Part shown: positions 1-7,751 of the stretch, one piece after another
Layout: each line of letters starts with the position of its first letter
How positions within the stretch are numbered: the first letter of the stretch is position 1
Assembly (NCBI GenBank): GCA_018716875.1
Contig: DVJJ01000078.1
Location: 1,275-65,274 of the forward strand
Reading direction: 5' to 3'
DNA from: Candidatus Avoscillospira avistercoris
Lineage (GTDB): Bacteria; Bacillota; Clostridia; Oscillospirales; Oscillospiraceae
DNA: 64,000 bases
Notes under the pieces: generated by a model
What the model saw: the letters and a program-made list of their open reading frames with translations, nothing else
Database searches by the model: none
Told to the model about the DNA's origin: nothing
Made by a program: the position numbers and the translations under genes

Positions 1-62
1 CGCTCAATGCGTCGGCCGCCGCCGCGGTCCTCCTGTATGAGGCCGTGCGCCAGAGGGGCTGA
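1..62 (+). CDS. 3' end of TrmH/SpoU-family RNA methyltransferase (partial)
   Basis: Manual translation gives LNASAAAAVLLYEAVRQRG*, matching the SPOUT C-terminal SLNxSxAxxxxLYE motif. Confidence 0.8.
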   Translation, partial: LNASAAAAVLLYEAVRQRG

Positions 63-101
63 CATGGCAAAACGGACCCACAGAAGCGAGGTGAGTGACC
101 T

Positions 102-2150
102 GTGAGCGAGAAAAACCCCGAATCGTGGGAGAAGCCGGAGGAGGCGGAAGCGCCGTATTCTCTGGAAGACATTCTCAATGAATTTGGCGGCTGGAGCCGC
201 CATACCGAGCCGGAGGAGCCGGTAAAACCGGAGGAGCCGAAGAAACCGGAGCCGTCCAAGGTGGAATTGCCGGAGGAGCCGGACCCGGTTCCCGACGACG
301 AGGAGGGGCTGGAGGACCCGGAGGACGACAGCGAACCGGCGGACGCGCCGGAAAAGCCGCGCATCTGGCAGTACCGTCCCTCGGCGGAACCGGAGCGGGA
401 ATGGAAGATGCCCAAGCTCCAGCGGCAGCCGGTGGAGCCGCCGCCAAAGCGGCAAAAGCGGGAGAAGCCGGAGAAACCGGAAAAGCCTCCCAAAGAGAAG
501 AAACCCAAGCCCGAACCGGTGTATCCGGAGCCGGGGGCGCTGTTTCAGGAGACATGCAAGCGGACCGGCGGGCTGGCTATGCGCCGCAGGCTCCTCTTCC
601 TGCTGACGGCTGCCGCCATCGCCGTCACCTGTTTTGTCCATCTCGACAGAGTTCCGGCGGGGCTGAACCTGCCGGTGGAGCGGTGGTGCCAGATTTTGCT
701 GGGGCTGCTGCTGTTGGGCGCGTTCTGTGCCTATGATGTGTTTTTGGGCGGTATCGTCCAGTTGTTCCGCCTGCGGCCCGGCGTGGATACCATGCTGACG
801 GTGGCAACGGTGATTACCGCCGCTGACGGTCTGGCCCATATGGGCGAGGAGCCGCGCCTGTCGCTGTCGGCGCTGATGCTGGTGGAATTGTTTTTTGCCC
901 TGTGGGGCAGGGTAGTGGCCAATCGGGCCCGCCGCCGGAGTTTGCGGGCGGTGCTCTCCATCCAGGGGACGCCGTCGGCGGCGGTCCGGTGCCGACGGGC
1001 ATGGGGCAATCGGGACTGCCTGTTCCGCCGGGACGGCACGCTGGACCGGTATGTGGCCGATCTGGAATCCCACGACGCTGTCAGCCGTGTTATGGCCGTT
1101 TACGCACCGTTGGTGCTGGTGGCCAGCGGCGCTCTGGCCGGTGCCTGTTCCGCCACGGCCCAGCGGGATTTCCTGCAATGCTGGGCCACCATGCTGACGG
1201 CCTCCATCCCTGTTACGGCGGGCCTGACCTATTGGCGGCCCTTTGCGGCGCTGGCCCGGCGGCTGATGCGGTCCGGGGCGGCCCTCTGCGGATGGAACGG
1301 CGTGCGGCGGCTTTTGGGTCACTGCTGCGTCACTCTCAGTGACGAGGACCTGTTCCCAAAAGGCACCGTCACCATGAACGGTATGAAGATGTTCAACAAC
1401 TTCACCATCCATCAGGTGGTGGGCTACACCTACGCCGTGCTGCAGCAGACAGGCTGCGGCCTGGAACCGGTGTTCCATGAGGTTTTTGTCAACCAGAACG
1501 GCCGGTCCTGTACCATTGATAACTTCCGCCGCTATGAGGGCGGCGGCGTGGGAGCGGGCATCCAGGGCGATGTGGTCTTGGTGGGCTCCCTGGCCTTTAT
1601 GCGGGCCATGGGCGTGGAGCTGCCCGAGGGCACCAATGTGCGCCAGGCCATCTACTGCGCCGTCAACGGCCAGCTGGCGGCGGTGTTTGCCCTCAACTAC
1701 AGCCCCCAGACGGGGGTCCGCGTGGGCCTTTCGACGGTGCTGCGGAGCCGGGGCCTGTCCCTGGTCCTGGCCACCCGGGATTTCTTCCTGACCCCCGCCG
1801 CCGTCAGCAGCAAGTATAAGATACCCGGCACCGCCCTGGAGTATCCCAACGCCGAGGAGCGGGCCCGGCTGTCCGGTCCCTTCGCCACCGCAGGCGGCGA
1901 GCAGGCGGTGATTCTGGCACGGGACCAATTTCTGCCCATGGCTGAGGCCGTCACCGGCGGCCGGGATTTGTACGGGGCCGTTATGGCGGGCCTGTGCATC
2001 AATCTGCTCAGCGGTCTGGTGGGCCTGGGTCTGACGGCCCTGCTGTGCTGGCTGGGCGCCTTCGGGGCGGCGTCGCCCTTCAATCTGATGCTGTACGGTC
2101 TGGCCTGGACGCTGCCGGCGCTGCTGCTGACGTCTATCGCCTCCCGTTAA
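102..2150 (+). CDS. Membrane protein with acidic/Pro-rich N-terminus and degenerate P1B-type ATPase-like body
   Basis: RBS GAGGTGA before GTG; several TM segments; N/P-domain-like segments (FRRYEGGGVGA..VLVGS, IYCAVNGQLAAVFAL) but no DKTGT, TGE or GDGxND. Confidence 0.65.
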   Translation: MSEKNPESWEKPEEAEAPYSLEDILNEFGGWSRHTEPEEPVKPEEPKKPEPSKVELPEEPDPVPDDEEGLEDPEDDSEPADAPEKPRIWQYRPSAEPEREWKMPKLQRQPVEPPPKRQKREKPEKPEKPPKEKKPKPEPVYPEPGALFQETCKRTGGLAMRRRLLFLLTAAAIAVTCFVHLDRVPAGLNLPVERWCQILLGLLLLGAFCAYDVFLGGIVQLFRLRPGVDTMLTVATVITAADGLAHMGEEPRLSLSALMLVELFFALWGRVVANRARRRSLRAVLSIQGTPSAAVRCRRAWGNRDCLFRRDGTLDRYVADLESHDAVSRVMAVYAPLVLVASGALAGACSATAQRDFLQCWATMLTASIPVTAGLTYWRPFAALARRLMRSGAALCGWNGVRRLLGHCCVTLSDEDLFPKGTVTMNGMKMFNNFTIHQVVGYTYAVLQQTGCGLEPVFHEVFVNQNGRSCTIDNFRRYEGGGVGAGIQGDVVLVGSLAFMRAMGVELPEGTNVRQAIYCAVNGQLAAVFALNYSPQTGVRVGLSTVLRSRGLSLVLATRDFFLTPAAVSSKYKIPGTALEYPNAEERARLSGPFATAGGEQAVILARDQFLPMAEAVTGGRDLYGAVMAGLCINLLSGLVGLGLTALLCWLGAFGAASPFNLMLYGLAWTLPALLLTSIASR

Positions 2151-2156
2151 ATTCTC

Positions 2157-2191
2157 ACCGCGTGTCCCTCTCCTGCGGACACGCGGTTTTT
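2157..2191 (+). terminator. Rho-independent terminator
   Basis: accgcgtgtcc...ggacacgcggt followed by T-run. Confidence 0.75.
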
Positions 2192-2316
2192 GCACGCTTT
2201 GTCCATGAACCGCCGGTGTCAATGGGCAGAAGCCGGGCAAAGTAACCAAAAATTTTATTAAAATAAAGCAGGATGCACAAACTTTCTGTAATTACAAAGA
2301 ATGGAACATGCCGTTA

Positions 2317-2345
2317 TTGAAAAGTAACAAACACAGGAGTATAAT
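2317..2345 (+). promoter_or_regulatory. sigmaA promoter of EF-G paralog
   Basis: TTGAAA-17-TATAAT. Confidence 0.65.
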
Positions 2346-2442
2346 GGGGATTAGAGTTGGCGAATGTGATCGCCGACGGACAATTTACGCTGTAACAATT
2401 TCTATAGCCTGACTTGTCCTCCATCGAAAGGAGAAATTCACC

Positions 2443-4491
2443 ATGTATACTGCCAAGGATATTCGCAACATCTGCTTAATGGGCCACGGCGGCGACGGTA
2501 AGACGACGCTGGTCGAGGCCATGCTATACACTGCCAAGGGCAGCGAGCGGCTGGGTAAGGTCACCGACGGCAATACGGTCAGTGACTTTGACCCCGAGGA
2601 GGTCAAGCGCGGCTATTCCATCGCCACGTCCCTGATTCCCGTGGAATTTGAGGGCAGCAAGCTGAACGTTCTCGACAACCCCGGTTTCAGTGCCTTTGCC
2701 GGTGAGATGCTCCAATCTCTGAAGGTCTGCGACTCGGCCATTATCGTGGCCGGTGCCAAGGGCCGTCTCAGCGTCGGCGCTGAGAAGAGCTGGAAGCAGC
2801 TGCGCGAGTCCGAGATTCCCGCTTTTATTTGTATGTCCCGTCTCGACGAGGAGATTGGCGACTTCTTCACCACCCTGGACTATATGCACGTCAAACTGCA
2901 TCCCGCCATCGTTCCCTTTATGTTCCCCATCTATGAGAATAAGAAGGTGGCCGGCTGCGTCGATGTCCTGACCGGCAAGGGCTACGACCTGGAGGGCAAG
3001 GAGAGACCCCTGTCTTCCGACGACCAGGCCCGTGTGGAAGTCTATATGGACAACATCAACGAGCAGGTGGCCGAGACCTCCGAGGAGCTTATGGAGAAGT
3101 ATTTCTCTGGGGAACCCTTCACCACCGAAGAGCTGACCGCCGGTATCAAGCAGGCCATCCGGGAGCGGGTTCTGTTCCCGCTGCTGTGCTGCGGCTCCCT
3201 CAGCGGCTTGGGCATGCAGGGCGTTCTGCGGAACCTCATCGCCTATGCCCCCAATCCCCTGGAGGGCAAGCCCATGCTGACCGCCGACGGCGACGAGTTC
3301 ACCCGTGACCCCGACGGCGCTCCCACCCTGTACTTCTTCAAGACCATGTCCGATTCCTTCGGCAAGAACTCCTATTTCCAGGTGGTGTCCGGCAAGGCTA
3401 CCCCGGACCTGTCCCTTACCAACTTCCGCAGCGGCAGCAGCGAAAAGCTGGGCCACCTGTACACGGCTAAGGGCAAGAAGAACACCGAGGTCAAGGAGCT
3501 GTGCTGCGGCGATCTGGGCGTTCTGATGAAGGCCGCCAACGTCAAGACCAATGACACCCTGGGCGTCGAGGGCAAGTCTCCCGTCATCGCCCCGGTGGAA
3601 TACGAGGAGCCCTGCTACTCCATGGCTGTTTATGCCAAGGTCCGCGGCACCGAGGATAAGATTGCCACGGGTCTGGCCAAGCTCAACGAGGACGACAGCT
3701 CCTTCACCTTCGGCATGAACCCGGAGACCAAGGAAATGGTTCTGTCCGGCGCCGGTGACATCCATCTGGATGTGCTTTGCGCCAAGCTCAAGAGCAAATA
3801 TAATGTGGACGTGGAGCTGCGTCCGGCCAAGATTGCCTATCGTGAGACCATCCGGAAGAAGGTCCAGGTCCATGGCCGTCATAAGAAGCAGTCCGGCGGT
3901 CACGGCCAGTTCGGTGATGTGTGGATTGAGTTCGAGCCTCAGGACGAGACCGAGGATCTGATCTTCGCGGAGCGCGTCGTCGGCGGCGCGGTGCCCAAGA
4001 ACTTCTTCCCCGCCGTCGAAAAGGGTCTCCGCGAGTCCATCAAGAAGGGCCCCCTGGCGGGCTTCCCCGTGGTGTTCCTGAAAGCCACCCTGTACGATGG
4101 ATCTTACCACCCCGTCGATTCCTCCGAAATGGCCTTTAAGACGGCTGCTTCCATCGCCTTTAAGGAGGGCCTGCCCCAGGCTGCCCCCACCATCCTCGAG
4201 CCCATCGGCCAGCTGAAAGTTACGGTGCCCGATGAGTACATGGGCGATGTTATCGGCGATCTCAACAAGCGCCGTGGCCGCATTTTGGGCATGACGCCCA
4301 AGGGCGACAACCAGCAGCAGGTGGAGGCCGAAGTTCCCATGGGTGAAATGTCCTCCTACGTCATCGACCTGCGCTCCATCTCTCAGGGCCGCGGCTACTT
4401 CCGTCTGAAGTTTGTCCGCTATGAGGAAGTACCCCAGATGTACCAGGCCAAGATCATCGAGGAGGCCAAGAAGGCCGCCGAAGCTGAATAA
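2443..4491 (+). CDS. fusA: Elongation factor G paralog (EF-G2-like)
   Basis: IRNI..GHGGDGKTT, DFDPEE.KRG.SI, HKKQSGGHGQFG, DGSYHPVDSSEMAF; 682 aa; outside the str operon. Confidence 0.93.
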   Translation: MYTAKDIRNICLMGHGGDGKTTLVEAMLYTAKGSERLGKVTDGNTVSDFDPEEVKRGYSIATSLIPVEFEGSKLNVLDNPGFSAFAGEMLQSLKVCDSAIIVAGAKGRLSVGAEKSWKQLRESEIPAFICMSRLDEEIGDFFTTLDYMHVKLHPAIVPFMFPIYENKKVAGCVDVLTGKGYDLEGKERPLSSDDQARVEVYMDNINEQVAETSEELMEKYFSGEPFTTEELTAGIKQAIRERVLFPLLCCGSLSGLGMQGVLRNLIAYAPNPLEGKPMLTADGDEFTRDPDGAPTLYFFKTMSDSFGKNSYFQVVSGKATPDLSLTNFRSGSSEKLGHLYTAKGKKNTEVKELCCGDLGVLMKAANVKTNDTLGVEGKSPVIAPVEYEEPCYSMAVYAKVRGTEDKIATGLAKLNEDDSSFTFGMNPETKEMVLSGAGDIHLDVLCAKLKSKYNVDVELRPAKIAYRETIRKKVQVHGRHKKQSGGHGQFGDVWIEFEPQDETEDLIFAERVVGGAVPKNFFPAVEKGLRESIKKGPLAGFPVVFLKATLYDGSYHPVDSSEMAFKTAASIAFKEGLPQAAPTILEPIGQLKVTVPDEYMGDVIGDLNKRRGRILGMTPKGDNQQQVEAEVPMGEMSSYVIDLRSISQGRGYFRLKFVRYEEVPQMYQAKIIEEAKKAAEAE

Positions 4492-4502
4492 GTGTAAAAT
4501 TC

Positions 4503-4535
4503 AACGCGGGACACCGGTTTGGTGTCCCGCGTTTT
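4503..4535 (+). terminator. Rho-independent terminator
   Basis: acgcgggacacc-ggttt-ggtgtcccgcgt plus TTT. Confidence 0.75.
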
Positions 4536-4650
4536 GTATGTGCTACCAGACGCGCATATCATCCCGCGTGCGTGACGTCGATTGGTCCCATCCCCGTAGG
4601 GCAGGGGGACCGTGCTGGCAGGGAGGACCGACCATTCGTACAGGGCGCAT

Positions 4651-4862
4651 AAAAGGCCGCCGTCCACCACCCGCTGACGGGGTGGGGACGGCGGCCTTAC
4701 GGCTGACGCCGTGGGGCTTGCGCCATCTGCGGATGGCGCTTTGGGACGCTGGGGGATTTCGCGCCGTGCGCGGCGCGGGTGTTTCGCCCGTTGCGACGGG
4801 CGACCAGAGGCGCTGCCTCTGAACTCCGCGATTTTTTGAAAAAAAATCGAGTAAAACTTTTA
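4651..4862 (+). repeat. Family I multi-hairpin intergenic repeat, copy A
   Basis: Shares GCGCCATCTGCGGATGGCGC, CGCGCCGTGCGCGGCGCG and the ...TTTTTTGAAAAAAATCGAGTAAAACTTTT end with other loci. Confidence 0.92.
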
Positions 4863-5423
4863 TGATTCGTCGTCGGGCTTCATGGGTTCCACCGTGGTCA
4901 AAGCCTGCACAGCATCATCAAAAATAATCCGCAGCTGGGCAAAGGTATCATTCAGCTGACGCAGGCAGATATTCAGGTCCGACATGACCGTATCCACATC
5001 GCCACGGGAGCCTTCCAGCTGCCGGGACGTGCTGTCCATAATGGCGTTGACCTGACGGCACAGGGCGGCGGCTCGATTGCGGGCGGCGCGCTCCACGGCT
5101 TCGGCCCGGCGATAGGCTGCCAGCTCCTCGGCGGAACTGGTCGCGGGCGGGGCAATGGGCACCACTTCCGGTTCCGGCTCCGGTTGGGTGGGAATCTCCG
5201 GTTCCTCCGCCTGAGGCGCTTCCTGGGCTTCCACAGGCGCCGGAGCCGGCTCCGGGGCCGCTTCCTGCCGGGCCTGGAGCGCTTCCAGGTCGGCCCGCAG
5301 ACGGGCGTTCTCGTCCCGCAGCTGCCGCAGGGCCTTTTCATGGTTGATGGCGCACTCCTCGATATAGGCTACCACGTCGGTGCGGTTAAAGCCGTTAAGG
5401 GCAGCACGAAAATTCCGATCCAC
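4860..5423 (-). CDS. DivIVA/GpsB-like coiled-coil protein
   Basis: N-terminal FRAALNGFNRTDVVAYIE resembles the DivIVA motif; coiled coils with a Pro/Glu linker; RBS AAGGAGG before GTG. Confidence 0.65.
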   Translation of the reverse strand: MDRNFRAALNGFNRTDVVAYIEECAINHEKALRQLRDENARLRADLEALQARQEAAPEPAPAPVEAQEAPQAEEPEIPTQPEPEPEVVPIAPPATSSAEELAAYRRAEAVERAARNRAAALCRQVNAIMDSTSRQLEGSRGDVDTVMSDLNICLRQLNDTFAQLRIIFDDAVQALTTVEPMKPDDES

Positions 5424-5496
5424 AGACGGACCCTCCTTGTTTTTATGGAATGTATTGGTATTCTATCACGAATTCCCGCGAAACACAACGCACAAT

Positions 5497-6186
5497 CTAA
5501 AGGGGCCGGATTTCCGTCACCGTCAGCCGGTCCTCGTCCACGGTGAAGCGCACATTGCACCCGGCGAAATCGAGACCGTAGATCCGACCCGGCTTGTGCT
5601 GATAGGCCGGACGGGGGTCCTGAGCCAGAACGCCCAGCAGCGCTTCCCGGCTGGCGGCAGGGACCACTTCCAGCAGGTCCGGCGGACAGTCCACCGACAG
5701 AGAGGCCCCCGCCGGGGCGCTGGCAAAGCCCCCCGACGCCTCCGGGTGACAGTCGGCGTAGGGAATATAGGGCTTGATATCGAAAATCGGCGTACCATCC
5801 ATAAGGTCTGCGCCGGATACAATTAAAATATGGCCCAGGTCCGGGTCCTGGCAGATGGTTTCCAGCCGGACACAGGACAGTCCCAGGGGATTGGGTCGGA
5901 ACGGGGAGCGGGTGGCAAAGACGCCCATACGGGCATTGCCCCCCAGCCGGGGCGGCCGCACCGTGGGGGACCACTGGGTCCGGACCGATTCGGAAAACTC
6001 CCAGATAAGCCAGATATGAGAAAAGTCTTCCAGACCCCGCAATGCGTCGGGGTTGCGGAACGCCGGTTCAAAAACCACCGATGCCCGCAGCTGGGAGACA
6101 ATGCCGCTTTGACGGGGGATGCCGAACTTGGTAGGGAAGTCGCTGCGGATGCGGGCGATTACCTGCAAGGGTGGAATTTGTTCCAT
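5497..6186 (-). CDS. trmO: tRNA (t6A37-N6) methyltransferase TrmO/TsaA
   Basis: KFGIPRQSG, GVFATRSPFRPNPLGLS, DLMDGTPIFDIKPY; start reset to ATG 6186 after GGAGG because the longer ORF runs through the tRNA. Confidence 0.92.
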   Translation of the reverse strand: MEQIPPLQVIARIRSDFPTKFGIPRQSGIVSQLRASVVFEPAFRNPDALRGLEDFSHIWLIWEFSESVRTQWSPTVRPPRLGGNARMGVFATRSPFRPNPLGLSCVRLETICQDPDLGHILIVSGADLMDGTPIFDIKPYIPYADCHPEASGGFASAPAGASLSVDCPPDLLEVVPAASREALLGVLAQDPRPAYQHKPGRIYGLDFAGCNVRFTVDEDRLTVTEIRPL

Positions 6187-6220
6187 GGAAGCACCTCCAA
6201 AATCGATTGCACAGACCGCA

Positions 6221-6252
6221 AAAGGCCCGGCTGCAATGCAGCCGGGCCTTTT
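6221..6252 (-). terminator. Terminator downstream of tRNA
   Basis: aaaggcccggctgca-a-tgcagccgggccttt palindrome. Confidence 0.65.
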
Positions 6253-6327
6253 GGCACGCCGGAAGGGACTCGAACCCCCAACCCTCAGAACCGGAATCTG
6301 ATGCTCTATCCATTGAGCCACCGGCGC
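6252..6327 (-). tRNA. tRNA-Arg(CCG)
   Basis: Reverse complement GCGCCGGTGGCTCAATGGATAGAGCATCAGATT-CCG-GTTCTGAGGGTTGGGGGTTCGAGTCCCTTCCGGCGTGCCA; cloverleaf with encoded CCA. Confidence 0.97.
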
Positions 6328-6493
6328 ATGTCTGGTTAACGACAAATACTATACCACATGTTTTCCAAAAATTCAAGAGGTATTGTGCGACAAATTTTAC
6401 GAAAAAATTTGCGGAATTTGATCGACCGACCATATAGTGTCTGGCGTTTTTCGACACGCTTCGATATAATGTCTCCAGAGGAGGGAAAGAGAC

Positions 6494-6973
6494 ATGACCC
6501 CAGGAGAAAAATTCGGCCACTCCATCCGTTGTCTGCGCCTGATTTCGGGCTTTACCCAGGAGGAGGTTGCCAACAGTCTGCAAATCAGTCAGACCAATCT
6601 GCGACGCATTGAATTGGGACACGGAAACCCCAGGTACAACACCGTTACGGATCTGGTGAACTTTCTGGCCACCAAGATCACCGGCGTACCCCAGAAAATT
6701 GAGCTGTTCAAATTAGAGGAATTTGTGGAAGAGCTCATTGTATGGCGGTACCGCCTCGTACCGGAGACGGCGTATCGGGAGGAGATCGGCTGGTTCCCCA
6801 CATTTGGGATTATGGTGGAAGAGCGCTGGAAGGGCGAGTGGAAGGTCCGGGAGGATCAGACCATTCATGACGTGATGCTGGATGGTGCCCGCGCCACGGA
6901 ACTGGTGGCCCAGCTCAATGAATACCACGTTTCGCCCCTGCATCTGTGGGAGATTTTAGAGGATCTTCTATGA
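6494..6973 (+). CDS. XRE-family HTH protein with C-terminal domain (DUF6514-like)
   Basis: IRCLRLISGFTQEEVANSLQISQTNLRRIELGHGNP HTH; C-terminal LNEYHVSPLHLWEILEDLL. Confidence 0.75.
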   Translation: MTPGEKFGHSIRCLRLISGFTQEEVANSLQISQTNLRRIELGHGNPRYNTVTDLVNFLATKITGVPQKIELFKLEEFVEELIVWRYRLVPETAYREEIGWFPTFGIMVEERWKGEWKVREDQTIHDVMLDGARATELVAQLNEYHVSPLHLWEILEDLL

Positions 6974-7638
6974 GTGGGCGATCTGTTGCCAATGCCCTGG
7001 CGCTGCCCAGGGGCGTGACGTGTCTGGTGGGCGGCGGCGGTAAAACCACCCTGGCCCATGTGCTGGCGGCGCAGCTGCCGGGCTCGGTGATTTTCTGTAC
7101 CACCACCCGGATTTTCCCGTCAGAGACGCTGCCGGTGGTCACCGGCGGGCCGTGGCAGATTGCTGCGGCCCTGGACCGGGCCCGGGCCGCCTGTGTAGGC
7201 ACCCCGGCCCAGCAGGGCAAACTGGCGGCGCCGGAGGCGTCTCTGGAACAGCTGTGTCTGCTGGCGGACTATGTGATTGTGGAGGCCGACGGCTCCAAGG
7301 GCCTGCCCTGCAAGGCCCATCTGGAGTATGAACCGGTGATTCCGCCGGAGACGGATAGGACGATATTGGTGGTGGGAGCTTCCGGTTTCGGACAGCCCAT
7401 TGCCCAGGCGGCCCACCGGCCGGAACGGTTCGCCGCCCTTTGCGGCGCGTCGGCGGAAGACATCGTGACGCCGGAACGGTTGGCGGCGGTGCTGAACGCT
7501 GAGGGCGGCTTCGATACGGTATTGGTCAATCAGATGGAGGATAGCGGCAGGGAAGCGGCAGCCGGTCAGCTGGCGGCCCTGCTGCCTGTTCCCGTGTGGG
7601 GCGGCAGCCTCCGCGCCGGACAGGTCCGACAGCTCTGA
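6970..7638 (+). CDS. yqeC: Selenium-dependent hydroxylase accessory protein YqeC
   Basis: VGGGGKTT, TTTRI, VEADGSKGLPCKAH..EPVIP; ATGA overlap with the upstream gene. Confidence 0.88.
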   Translation: MSGRSVANALALPRGVTCLVGGGGKTTLAHVLAAQLPGSVIFCTTTRIFPSETLPVVTGGPWQIAAALDRARAACVGTPAQQGKLAAPEASLEQLCLLADYVIVEADGSKGLPCKAHLEYEPVIPPETDRTILVVGASGFGQPIAQAAHRPERFAALCGASAEDIVTPERLAAVLNAEGGFDTVLVNQMEDSGREAAAGQLAALLPVPVWGGSLRAGQVRQL

Positions 7639-7667
7639 AAAAATGTGACCAAAGTCGTGAAATGCCA

Positions 7668-7696
7668 TTGGAAATCGAAAAATTCTGTGCTATAAT
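7668..7696 (+). promoter_or_regulatory. sigmaA promoter of malic enzyme
   Basis: TTGGAA-17-TATAAT with extended TG. Confidence 0.6.
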
Positions 7697-7751
7697 ATAG
7701 GCGTTCGGTTCATCTAATGGGCAAAATGCCTGAAAAGGAGATAGTATAGTT

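Noticed and set aside
4550-4620. HDV-like ribozyme around TCCCGCGT
   Set aside because: Could not build the P1 and P3 pairings around the putative L3 by eye
6252-6973. tRNA-Arg as an integration site for an island
   Set aside because: No integrase and no duplicated tRNA 3' end; the 3' side is followed by a terminator and trmO
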